This document shows positions 1 through 7,910 of a stretch of DNA of 13,275 nt, piece by piece. The first letter of the stretch is position 1. Each line of letters opens with the position of its first letter. The position numbers and the translations under genes were made by a program. Origin of the DNA: a virus; the UHGV virus genome UHGV-0356291; one strand, given 5' to 3'. The notes beneath the pieces were generated by a model. It was not told the origin of the DNA. It searched no databases and saw only the letters and a program-made list of their open reading frames with translations.

Positions 1-1
1 A

Positions 2-160
2 GAGCGATTGAACAAACAGTTCGCACAACTTGAAAGCGAGCGTCAGTCGTTCGAGCCGCACTGGCGCGAGTTGAGTGATTACATCAACCCGCGTGGTTCC
101 CGCTTTCTGACTTCTGAGGTTAACCGTAACGATCGACGCCACAACTTAACAGGGCCATAA
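2..160 (+). CDS. portal protein, N-terminal fragment (5'-partial; start codon upstream of window); terminated by TAA 158-160 in the present orientation
   Basis: Frame 2 is open from position 2 and reads ERLNKQFAQLESERQSFEPHWRELSDYINPRGSRFLTSEVNRNDRR, resembling from memory the N-terminal region of T7 gp8 (YERLKNDRAPYETRAQ...). Same frame as the 215-1633 ORF. Confidence 0.6.
   Translation, partial: ERLNKQFAQLESERQSFEPHWRELSDYINPRGSRFLTSEVNRNDRRHNLTGP
94..139. repeat. left arm of 46-bp perfect inverted repeat (partner 289-334)
   Basis: Exact reverse complement of 289-334, checked base by base; mismatch at 93/335 and 140/288 defines the ends. Confidence 0.95.
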
Positions 161-214
161 TCCATCATTTCAGGATCTGGCGTAGCCAGGCGAAACCACG
201 GACGCGCGGGGCTT

Positions 215-1633
215 GTGATGCCTGACATCATGCCGCTGGCGAGAGTGCGCGCCGCCATAGTCCCGGTCGAATCAATAATGCGTGTATTGCGTCGATCGTT
301 ACGGTTAACCTCAGAAGTCAGAAAGCGGGAACCAGGAAGCCTCGGCACATACAGCACTGGTGCAATGGCAGTGCTGGAGGATGACGAGGACATCATTCGC
401 ACAATGCCATTCCCGATAGGCAGTTACTACCTGGCTAACTCACCTCGTGGCAGTGTGGACACCTGTTTTCGCAAGTTCTCTATGACTGTTCGTCAGCTTG
501 TTCAGGAGTTCGGGCTAAATAACGTCAGCGAATCCGTAAAAAGCATGTGGGAAAGCGGAACCTACGAGAAGTGGATTGAAGTGATGCATTCGGTTTACCC
601 GAACATTGACCGCGATACATCGAAGCTGGATAGCAAGAACAAGCCATTCAAATCGGTTTATTACGAGGTTGGTGGCGATAACGACAAGTTGTTGCGTGAG
701 TCCGGATTCGATGAGTTTCCAATTATGGCTCCGCGCTGGGAAGTTAACGGCGAAGATGTTTATGGATCATCATGCCCGGGTATGCTGGCGCTTGGACCTG
801 TTAAGGCATTGCAGCTTCTCCAGAAGCGCAAGTCGCAGTTGATTGATAAAGCCACCAATCCGCCGATGGTTGCTCCGACTTCCCTCAAGAATCAGCGTGC
901 CTCCCTTCTTCCTGGCGACATCACGTATATCGATCAGATTACTGGTCAGGATGGTTTCAGGCCTGCTTATCTGGTTAACCCCAGTACAGCAGATTTGGTG
1001 GCAGACATTCAGGACACCCGTCAAATCATTAACAGCGCCTACTTTGTCGATCTGTTCATGATGTTGCAGAACATCAATACCCGCTCGATGCCTGTTGAAG
1101 CGGTGATCGAAATGAAAGAAGAAAAACTTCTGATGTTGGGGCCGGTTCTGGAGCGTCTGAACGACGAATGTCTTAATCCTCTCATTGACCGCGCTTTCTC
1201 GATGATGGTGCGTAAAAACATGCTGCCGCCACCGCCTGACGCGATGGAAGGTATGCCCCTGAAGGTCGAATACATTTCCGTCATGGCTCAGGCGCAGAAG
1301 TCTATCGGCCTGTCCAGTCTGGCGTCTACGGTCAACTTCATTGGTCAACTTGCGCAAGCGAAACCAGAAGCTCTCGACAAACTCAACGTTGATCAGGCGA
1401 TCGATGCATTCGCTGATATGTCCGGAGTGTCTCCAACCGTCATTGTTCCGCAGGAACAGGTTGAGCAGGCTCGCCAGCAACGGGCACAGCAACAACAGCA
1501 GCAACAAATGATGGCGATGGGGATGGCGGCGGCACAGGGTGCCAAGACGCTAAGCGAAGCTAAAACTTCGGATCCGAGTGTTTTGTCAGCTATGGCGAAT
1601 GCAGTTAGTGGTCAGGGTGGGCAATCACAATGA
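215..1633 (+). CDS. portal (head-to-tail connector) protein, T7 gp8-like; 5' region disrupted, so ATG 215 is probably not the native start
   Basis: 472-aa ORF. C-terminus QQRAQQQQQQQMMAMGMAAAQGAKT matches the Q-rich ...QQSMQMGMDNGAAALAQGMAAQ tail I recall from T7 gp8. No Shine-Dalgarno before ATG 215; first ~25 codons are antisense of the flipped segment. Confidence 0.8.
   Translation: MMPDIMPLARVRAAIVPVESIMRVLRRSLRLTSEVRKREPGSLGTYSTGAMAVLEDDEDIIRTMPFPIGSYYLANSPRGSVDTCFRKFSMTVRQLVQEFGLNNVSESVKSMWESGTYEKWIEVMHSVYPNIDRDTSKLDSKNKPFKSVYYEVGGDNDKLLRESGFDEFPIMAPRWEVNGEDVYGSSCPGMLALGPVKALQLLQKRKSQLIDKATNPPMVAPTSLKNQRASLLPGDITYIDQITGQDGFRPAYLVNPSTADLVADIQDTRQIINSAYFVDLFMMLQNINTRSMPVEAVIEMKEEKLLMLGPVLERLNDECLNPLIDRAFSMMVRKNMLPPPPDAMEGMPLKVEYISVMAQAQKSIGLSSLASTVNFIGQLAQAKPEALDKLNVDQAIDAFADMSGVSPTVIVPQEQVEQARQQRAQQQQQQQMMAMGMAAAQGAKTLSEAKTSDPSVLSAMANAVSGQGGQSQ
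289..334. repeat. right arm of 46-bp perfect inverted repeat (partner 94-139)
   Basis: Exact reverse complement of 94-139. Confidence 0.95.
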
Positions 1634-1926
1634 CAGATTACGAAGACGATCAACTGAAAGAAGAAAACGCCCGTAAGCAACGTGACATGGCACAGCGTGA
1701 AATTGATGACATTTGCTTTGTCATGAGCAGTGAACAGGGGCGTCGCGTTGTCTGGTCGGTGCTGGAGAAAGGCCGTGTGTTTTCCGCTATCTCACCGATG
1801 GACGCTATGGCTATGGCATTTAATGAGGGGCAACGCAATCTGGCGCTGGAACTGTTTCAGCGCGTTATGGCGCATTGCCCTGAACAGTATTTGAAGATGG
1901 CCAAAGAGGCCAGTGAACAGGAGTGA
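1630..1926 (+). CDS. hypothetical protein (98 aa), between portal and scaffold
   Basis: ATG 1630 overlaps portal stop (ATGA); stop TGA 1924-1926 overlaps next gene; acidic/charged protein; no function recognised. Confidence 0.55.
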   Translation: MTDYEDDQLKEENARKQRDMAQREIDDICFVMSSEQGRRVVWSVLEKGRVFSAISPMDAMAMAFNEGQRNLALELFQRVMAHCPEQYLKMAKEASEQE

Positions 1927-1928
1927 TC

Positions 1929-2624
1929 ATGAATTTATTTGAGCGTTTGCTGTATCGCCGTCTTTGCAATGAGCAACCAGTCGATGGTGGAGCAGCTCCG
2001 GCTGCGTCAGAACCGTCAGCGCCTGCAGGTGATAACCCTGCTCCAGTTGGTGATCCATCACAACCGGAAGGTGATAAGCCACAACCTGTTGCTGATGGCG
2101 ATAAACCTGCTGATGACAAAAAGCCTGAAAACGATAAGCAGGATGAAAAAAAGGACGGCGATAAAACAGAGGGTGCGCCTGAGAAGTACGAGTTTCAGGC
2201 TGCCGAAGGCGTAGAGCTGGATACAGAAGCGTTGAAGGAATTCGAGCCGGTGGCGCGAGAACTAAACCTGACCAACGAGCAAGCGCAAAAGCTGGTTGAT
2301 GCTTATCCGAAGATTCTGGCAGGTGTTCAGCAGCGCCAGGCAGAAGCCTGGCAGAAAACAACCGAGCAGTGGGCTGCTGATGTAAAAGCTGACAAAGAAA
2401 TCGGTGGCGACAAGTTGATTTCTAACCTTAGCGCCGCACAGCGTGCGCTTGACCAGTTCGGGACACCTGAACTCAAAGAATATCTGAACACCACCGGGCT
2501 GGGTAATCACCCTGATCTGGTCAAAACGTTCGTGAAAATCGGAAAGGCGATGTCTGAAGATGGCATGGTCACCGGTGGTAATGAAGGCCAGCGTAGTGCG
2601 GCCGAAGTGCTCTATGGCAAATAA
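1929..2624 (+). CDS. putative scaffolding (capsid assembly) protein
   Basis: AGGAG at 1919-1923, 5 nt before ATG 1929 (six-frame track starts at in-frame GTG 1923). Highly acidic, Pro/Asp/Lys-rich N-terminal half, helical-looking C-terminal half, sits directly upstream of the capsid gene as T7 gp9 does. Confidence 0.6.
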   Translation: MNLFERLLYRRLCNEQPVDGGAAPAASEPSAPAGDNPAPVGDPSQPEGDKPQPVADGDKPADDKKPENDKQDEKKDGDKTEGAPEKYEFQAAEGVELDTEALKEFEPVARELNLTNEQAQKLVDAYPKILAGVQQRQAEAWQKTTEQWAADVKADKEIGGDKLISNLSAAQRALDQFGTPELKEYLNTTGLGNHPDLVKTFVKIGKAMSEDGMVTGGNEGQRSAAEVLYGK

Positions 2625-2638
2625 GAGAGGAAATGACA

Positions 2639-3625
2639 ATGGCTGTTAAAGGCTTAACTGCGCTAACGCTGGCTGACTGGGGTAAGCGCGTCGATCCAAA
2701 CGGGAAAGTCGATAAGATTATCGAGCTTCTCGGTCAAACTAACCCGATCCTTCAGGATATGCCTTTTGTCGAAGGGAACCTTCCTACCGGACACCGAACC
2801 ACCATTCGTTCTGGTTTACCTTCAGCTACCTGGCGTTTGCTGAACTATGGCGTACAGCCAAGCAAATCAACCACAGTACAGGTAACCGATTCCGTTGGCA
2901 TGCTGGAAACCTATGCGGAAGTCGATAAGTCACTGGCTGATCTGAACGGCAATACCGCCGAATTCCGCCTGTCTGAAGACCGCGCATTTATTGAAGCGAT
3001 GAATCAGCAGATGGCGCAGACGCTGTTTTATGGTGATTCCAGCGTTAACCCTCAGCAGTTTATGGGACTGTCCTCCCGCTATTCCAGCCTGTCTGCGGGT
3101 AATGCTCAGAACATCATTGATGCTGGTGGCACGGGTACAGATAACACCTCAATCTGGTTAGTGGTGTGGGGCGAAAACACCGTGCATGGCATCTTCCCGA
3201 AAGGGCAGAAGGCTGGCATCCAGATGGAAGATAAAGGCCAGGTGACACTGGAAGATGCTAATGGCGGCAAGTACGAAGGCTATCGCACCCATTACAAATG
3301 GGATAACGGACTTGCTCTGCGTGACTGGCGTTATGTTGTTCGCATTGCAAACATCGATGTCAGCAATCTTTCAGAACCTTCCTCTGCCGCAAATATTGCG
3401 AAGTTGATGGTTAAAGCACTGCATCGCATTCCAAATCGTGGCATGGGTCGCCCGGTGTTCTACATGAACCGCACTGTAGGCCAGGCTCTTGATCTGCAAT
3501 CTCTGGAGAAAACATCTCTGGCGATCAGCGTAAAAGAGACAGAAGGCGAGTGGTGGACTTCATTCCGTGGTGTACCAATCCGTGAAACTGATGCGCTTCT
3601 GGAAACAGAAGCCCGCGTGGTGTAA
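2639..3625 (+). CDS. putative major capsid protein (~328 aa)
   Basis: GAGG at 2627-2630, 8 nt before ATG 2639 (ATG 2633 is too close to the SD). Position after scaffold and size close to T7 gp10A (~345 aa from memory); called by synteny, no specific motif recognised. Confidence 0.6.
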   Translation: MAVKGLTALTLADWGKRVDPNGKVDKIIELLGQTNPILQDMPFVEGNLPTGHRTTIRSGLPSATWRLLNYGVQPSKSTTVQVTDSVGMLETYAEVDKSLADLNGNTAEFRLSEDRAFIEAMNQQMAQTLFYGDSSVNPQQFMGLSSRYSSLSAGNAQNIIDAGGTGTDNTSIWLVVWGENTVHGIFPKGQKAGIQMEDKGQVTLEDANGGKYEGYRTHYKWDNGLALRDWRYVVRIANIDVSNLSEPSSAANIAKLMVKALHRIPNRGMGRPVFYMNRTVGQALDLQSLEKTSLAISVKETEGEWWTSFRGVPIRETDALLETEARVV

Positions 3626-3641
3626 CGCCTGTTATTAACCT

Positions 3642-3661
3642 GTGGGTCGTAACAGACCCAC
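3642..3661 (+). promoter_or_regulatory. RNA stem-loop just downstream of capsid stop (GTGGGTC-gtaaca-GACCCAC)
   Basis: 7-bp GC-rich perfect stem with 6-nt loop, 17 nt after TAA 3623-3625; no U-tract follows, so not a classic intrinsic terminator. Confidence 0.5.
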
Positions 3662-3676
3662 TAATGGAGAAAGAAG

Positions 3677-4114
3677 ATGATCACCGACAAACTGTTGATG
3701 TTCTCCGAAGCACAGGCGGTAACTGATACCGCGGCTTCTACTGACGTAATCGATCTCGGTCCAATTGACGGAAAACGTCGTGATATCGGCGTGGGTTACC
3801 CGCTTGAGTTTTGGGCGCTGGTTAACACAGCCGCCGCAGCAAGCGGTGATGCAACTGTAAACATCCAGTTGCAGACGAGTGAGGATAACAGCTCATGGTC
3901 CACTATTTATGATAGTGGCGCACTGGCAAAGGCCACCCTGACAGCAGGTAAGCGAGTTGTTTCTGCAAAGGTGCCAGCCGGTGTTCAGCGATATCTGCGT
4001 GTTAACTACTCCGTCGCAACTGGCCCACTAACGGCTGGCAAATTCACTGCGGGTATCAATCTTGATGTTGATGCCAATACGCCGTATCCGATCCGCTCAA
4101 AAGTAACTGGTTAA
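3677..4114 (+). CDS. hypothetical virion-associated protein (145 aa)
   Basis: GGAG 3666-3669, 7 nt before ATG 3677; Ala/Thr/Gly-rich beta-like composition; no homolog named. Confidence 0.6.
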   Translation: MITDKLLMFSEAQAVTDTAASTDVIDLGPIDGKRRDIGVGYPLEFWALVNTAAAASGDATVNIQLQTSEDNSSWSTIYDSGALAKATLTAGKRVVSAKVPAGVQRYLRVNYSVATGPLTAGKFTAGINLDVDANTPYPIRSKVTG

Positions 4115-4124
4115 GGTGATATTG

Positions 4125-4460
4125 ATGTCAGGTGAGAAACCAAGATACCGCGTTCTGCGCCTCTCTCATATCCATAACACTCTGTGGCCGGAGGGGGCAG
4201 AAATCGAATACGAAGGTGAGCCTGGTAGCGCACTGGAACCTGTTAACGATGCAGCCAGACAGGCAAAAGCAAAAGTTGCAGGAAAAGAGTCAATGGCAGC
4301 AACCAGCACCAAAATCATCAACGATGTGTCAGATGATGGTGAACTGGATAAGCTCCGTGAAGAGTACGAATTGCTCTTTAACGAGAAGCCACACCATAAC
4401 GCCAAAGCCGAAACGCTCCGCGAGAAGATCGCAGATAAGCGTAAAGAACTGGGCGTGTAA
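4125..4460 (+). CDS. hypothetical protein (~112 aa)
   Basis: AAGGTG 4113-4118, 6 nt before ATG 4125 (track starts at GTG 4116); charged C-terminal half; followed immediately by an intrinsic terminator. Confidence 0.6.
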   Translation: MSGEKPRYRVLRLSHIHNTLWPEGAEIEYEGEPGSALEPVNDAARQAKAKVAGKESMAATSTKIINDVSDDGELDKLREEYELLFNEKPHHNAKAETLREKIADKRKELGV

Positions 4461-4478
4461 GCCTCGCGGATCAGACAA

Positions 4479-4498
4479 GGGGCTTCGGCCCCTTTATT
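4479..4498 (+). terminator. rho-independent terminator (GGGGC-ttcg-GCCCC then TTTATT)
   Basis: GC stem with UUCG tetraloop and U-rich tail, 19 nt after stop 4458-4460; stem can extend to AAGGGGC/GCCCCTT from 4477. Confidence 0.6.
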
Positions 4499-4510
4499 GC
4501 AGGAGTGTAT

Positions 4511-4834
4511 ATGGAACTCGTAAACCTCAAAACCGGCACTGACAGCTACCAGGATGAGAGCGGAGAAACCAGAACTCGCGATGAATACCCGTGGGGGCTG
4601 TGCATCACTCTTAATAACGACACATTGAATAAGCTGAAGGCGCAACCTCAGGGCGTCGGAACAGAAGTGATGATAACTGCAAAGGCTGTTATTCGAGGCC
4701 TGTCTGCCAGAGAAACTGACGATGGTGTTAATCGCAGCGCCGATCTGCAGATCACTGATATGGCGATCGCTCCTGTTTCCGGGGATGTAGAAAAATCAGC
4801 GGCTGAAACCCTGTACGGCAATGGGGGTGAGTAA
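4511..4834 (+). CDS. hypothetical protein (~107 aa) with scaffold-like C-terminal tail
   Basis: AGGAG 4500-4504, 6 nt before ATG 4511 (track starts at GTG 4505); C-terminus ...VEKSAAETLYGNGGE parallels scaffold C-terminus ...GQRSAAEVLYGK; stop TAA overlaps next ATG (TAATG). Confidence 0.6.
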   Translation: MELVNLKTGTDSYQDESGETRTRDEYPWGLCITLNNDTLNKLKAQPQGVGTEVMITAKAVIRGLSARETDDGVNRSADLQITDMAIAPVSGDVEKSAAETLYGNGGE

Positions 4835-5439
4835 TGGCCTCTGTAGTAGAGATCTGCAATCGTGCGCTGTCCAATATTGGCAATAGCCGCAGCATTAACA
4901 GCCTGACGGAAGCCAGCAAGGAAGCGGGGGAATGTTCGCTGCACTTTGAGGCCTGCCGTGATGCTGTGCTTTCTGATTTTGACTGGAACTTTGCTACCAA
5001 ACGCGTGGCGCTGGCAGATACGAGCAATCCACCGCCTGACTGGGAATATGCGTATCAGTACCCGTCCGATTGTCTGCGCATTACTGAAATTATGCTTCCT
5101 GGTGTACGCAATCCAACAGCAGCAATGCGCGTTCAGTACGAAGTAGGTGTAGACACCAACGGAACAGGAAAGTTGATCTACACAGACCAGCCTCAGGCAT
5201 GGCTCAAGTATGTCTCTCGCGTTACAGATGTGAACATGTTTGATGCCATTTTTATGGAGGCGTTGGCCTGGCGTCTTGCGGCAGCTATTAACATGGCGCT
5301 GACTGGGAATGCAGACCTCGGTACGTTTGCCCTCAATATGTACAATCGCGTGATTCTTAGTGCTGGCTCGCATAGCCAGAATGAATCACAGGAACCACAG
5401 CCACCGGTTGACGAGTTTACCATTGCGAGGTTGTCCTGA
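4834..5439 (+). CDS. putative tail tubular protein A (T7 gp11-like)
   Basis: 201 aa versus ~196 aa for T7 gp11 (from memory); N-terminal ICNRALSNIGNSRSINSLTEA resembles T7 gp11 AVNDILASIGEPPVSTLEG; followed by a ~800-aa gene as in T7. Confidence 0.55.
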   Translation: MASVVEICNRALSNIGNSRSINSLTEASKEAGECSLHFEACRDAVLSDFDWNFATKRVALADTSNPPPDWEYAYQYPSDCLRITEIMLPGVRNPTAAMRVQYEVGVDTNGTGKLIYTDQPQAWLKYVSRVTDVNMFDAIFMEALAWRLAAAINMALTGNADLGTFALNMYNRVILSAGSHSQNESQEPQPPVDEFTIARLS

Positions 5440-7910
5440 TGGCTATCAGTTGGATACAGCCCAGCTTTGCCGGTGGTGAGATTGGACCGTCGTTGTACGG
5501 TCGTATCGACATGGCGAAGTACCAGGTGGCATTGCGCAAGTGCGATAACTTTATCGTGCGGCAGTATGGCGGCGTTGAGAATCGACCTGGTACGCGTTTT
5601 GTCGGTGCCGCCAAATACCCAAATCGGAAATGCCGCCTGATCCCGTTCCAGTTCTCGACGGTTCAGACCTATGCTCTGGAGTTCGGACACCAGTACATGC
5701 GCGTTATCAAAGATGGTGCGTTGGTGCTGAACAGCAGCAATGTTATTTATGAAATTTCCACGCCATATACTGAAGCCGATCTGTTCCGAATTAAATTCAC
5801 GCAAAGCGCAGACGTGCTTACGCTGGTTCATCCGGCATACCCGCCGAAAGAGTTGCGCCGCTATGCGCATGACAACTGGCAACTGGTTGATGTGGTAACG
5901 AAGAACGGGCCATTTGAAGATATCAATATTGACGAGTCAGTGACGGTTTATGCCAGCGCCAGCACCGGGACAATTACGTTAACGGCAAGCGCCTCTATTT
6001 TTGGCGCGGAGCAGGTAGGCAAATTGTTCTATCTGGAACAGCCTGCAGTGGATTCTGTGCCGGTATGGGAAACCAGTAAGAGTACGTCGATTGGCGATAT
6101 TCGCCGTGCAGACAGTAACTACTATCGCGCCGTTACAGCAGGCAAAACAGGTACTTTGCGCCCTTCGCATACAGAAGGCACATCATGGGATGGCTGGGGC
6201 GGATCCGGTGATGATGATACTGGCATTGAGTGGGAGTATCTGCACAGTGGTTTTGGCATTGCCCGTATCACTGCTGCAAATGGCACTACTGCAACTGCTG
6301 AGGTGATTTCCTATATCCCTTCGCAGGTCGTTGGCGAGGATAATGCCAGCTATAAATGGGCTAAATATGCCTGGAACAGTGTTAATGGTTATCCTGGCAC
6401 TGTTGTTTATTATCAACAACGTCTTTACTTCGCCGCATCGACTGCGTTTCCTCAGACTATCTGGGCCAGCCGTACCGGGGATTATAAGGATTTTGGCAAA
6501 AGCAATCCTACGCAGGATGACGACAGAATTATCTACACCTATGCCGGACGTCAGGTTAATGAGATCCGCCACCTGATTGATGTTGGTTCTCTGGTGGCGC
6601 TGACTTCCGGAGGTGAGTACGTCATCACCGGCGACCAGAACAAAGTGTTAACCCCATCATCATTTGCATTCAGCTCTCAGGGATCAAATGGCTCAAGCAA
6701 CGTCCCGCCAATTGCCGTGGCGAATATTGCTCTGTTCGTCCAGGAGAAAGGCAGCGTTGTCCGTGATCTGGCCTACTCATTCGATGTTGACGGCTATCAG
6801 GGGAACGACCTGACCATCCTTGCCAATCATCTTTTTCAGAAGCACAGCATTGTTGACTGGTGCTTCTCGATTGTCCCTTACTCCAGTGCCTTCTGCATTC
6901 GTGATGACGGTAAATTACTGGTGATGACCTATTTGCGTGATCAGCAGGTTTTTGCATGGGCACCACAATCCAGTACCGGAAAATATGAAAGCACATGCAG
7001 TATCAGCGAAGGCAATGAAGATGCGGTGTATTTCGTCGTTAACCGAACCGTTAACGGGCAAACAGTGAGATACATCGAGCGACTGTCCAGCCGTTTATTT
7101 ACCAGCGATGAAGATGCTTTCTTTGTTGATTCTGGCCTTAGCTATGATGGAAGAAATACGTCTGACAGAACGATGACCATCACTGGTGGTTCTGGTGAAT
7201 GGGATTACCATGCGGAATATACAATCAGTGTTTCTGGTGGTGCGTACTTCACCAGTAGTGATGTCGGCGCGCAACTACAGTTCCCTTATACCGGAACTGA
7301 TCCTGATACTGGCGATGAAGTGTCAAAAGAATTACGTTGCGACATTATTTCTGTAACCAGCAATACCGCTGTAGTGGTTCGTGCTAACAGGAACGTCCCG
7401 CCATCCCTCAGGAATGTGGCCACCACGAACTGGCAGATGGCGCGCCGGACATTTGGCGGCTTGTCTCATCTTGAAGGCCAGACCGTAAACATCCTCTCTG
7501 ATGCGAACGTGGAACCACAGAAAGTGGTTTCCGGAGGTGCCGTCACGCTGGAATCTCCGGGGGCTGTAGTGCACATCGGCCTGCCAATAACTGCTGAATT
7601 CGAAACACTGGATATCAACATTAACGGACAGGAAACGCTGCTGGACAAAAAACAGGTGATCCCGTCCGTTACTCTGGTTGTGAATGCCAGTCGCGGCATC
7701 TGGGCGACTACGCCCGGCGGTAAATGGTACGAATATCCACAGCGTGAATTCGAGTTCTACGATGATCCTGTTGATGATGCTACCGGAAAAGTAGAAGTGA
7801 AACTGGACAGTAACTGGGGCAAAAACGGACGTGTAAAAATCCGTCAGCTTGATCCGTTGCCGCTGTCTGTTCTTGCCGTTATTCCTCGCCTTACTGTTGG
7901 GGGATTCTGA
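5439..7910 (+). CDS. putative tail tubular protein B / nozzle (T7 gp12-like)
   Basis: 823 aa versus ~794 aa for T7 gp12 (from memory); start overlaps upstream stop (TGATG); N-terminus MAISWIQPSFAGGEIGP loosely resembles T7 gp12 MALISQSIKNLKGGISQQP; assignment mostly by size and order. Confidence 0.5.
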   Translation: MAISWIQPSFAGGEIGPSLYGRIDMAKYQVALRKCDNFIVRQYGGVENRPGTRFVGAAKYPNRKCRLIPFQFSTVQTYALEFGHQYMRVIKDGALVLNSSNVIYEISTPYTEADLFRIKFTQSADVLTLVHPAYPPKELRRYAHDNWQLVDVVTKNGPFEDINIDESVTVYASASTGTITLTASASIFGAEQVGKLFYLEQPAVDSVPVWETSKSTSIGDIRRADSNYYRAVTAGKTGTLRPSHTEGTSWDGWGGSGDDDTGIEWEYLHSGFGIARITAANGTTATAEVISYIPSQVVGEDNASYKWAKYAWNSVNGYPGTVVYYQQRLYFAASTAFPQTIWASRTGDYKDFGKSNPTQDDDRIIYTYAGRQVNEIRHLIDVGSLVALTSGGEYVITGDQNKVLTPSSFAFSSQGSNGSSNVPPIAVANIALFVQEKGSVVRDLAYSFDVDGYQGNDLTILANHLFQKHSIVDWCFSIVPYSSAFCIRDDGKLLVMTYLRDQQVFAWAPQSSTGKYESTCSISEGNEDAVYFVVNRTVNGQTVRYIERLSSRLFTSDEDAFFVDSGLSYDGRNTSDRTMTITGGSGEWDYHAEYTISVSGGAYFTSSDVGAQLQFPYTGTDPDTGDEVSKELRCDIISVTSNTAVVVRANRNVPPSLRNVATTNWQMARRTFGGLSHLEGQTVNILSDANVEPQKVVSGGAVTLESPGAVVHIGLPITAEFETLDININGQETLLDKKQVIPSVTLVVNASRGIWATTPGGKWYEYPQREFEFYDDPVDDATGKVEVKLDSNWGKNGRVKIRQLDPLPLSVLAVIPRLTVGGF

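Noticed and set aside
94-334. Hin/Gin-type recombination sites
   Set aside because: No invertase gene or recognisable enhancer in the window, and 46-bp perfect arms are longer than the ~26-34-bp sites I recall. Kept only as an untested hypothesis in the findings.
79-402. 107-aa minus-strand ORF
   Set aside because: It is the mirror image of the portal N-terminal region created by the inverted segment; its translation contains the native-looking portal peptide. It is evidence for the inversion, not a separate gene.
770-1507. 245-aa minus-strand ORF antisense to the portal gene
   Set aside because: Entirely inside a well-supported + strand gene, no RBS, low-complexity His/Arg-rich translation typical of antisense frames.
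3648-3670. Possible T7/T3-type phage RNA polymerase promoter (ccCACTAatGGAGA)
   Set aside because: Only about 9 of 23 positions match the T7 consensus as I recall it; the GGAG is better explained as the Shine-Dalgarno of the next gene; no RNA polymerase gene is in the window.
3600-3725. T7 gene-10-style programmed frameshift extending the capsid protein
   Set aside because: The -1 frame stops within a few codons, no slippery heptamer is apparent, and the +1 frame extension is short and featureless.
4132-4542. 136-aa + ORF in an alternative frame
   Set aside because: Overlaps the better-supported 4125-4460 gene and reads through the intrinsic terminator; no RBS.
4648-5882. Two long minus-strand ORFs (241 and 229 aa) antisense to the gp11/gp12-like genes
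   Set aside because: They overlap coupled + strand structural genes; their Cys/Arg-rich translations look like antisense artefacts; no start context.
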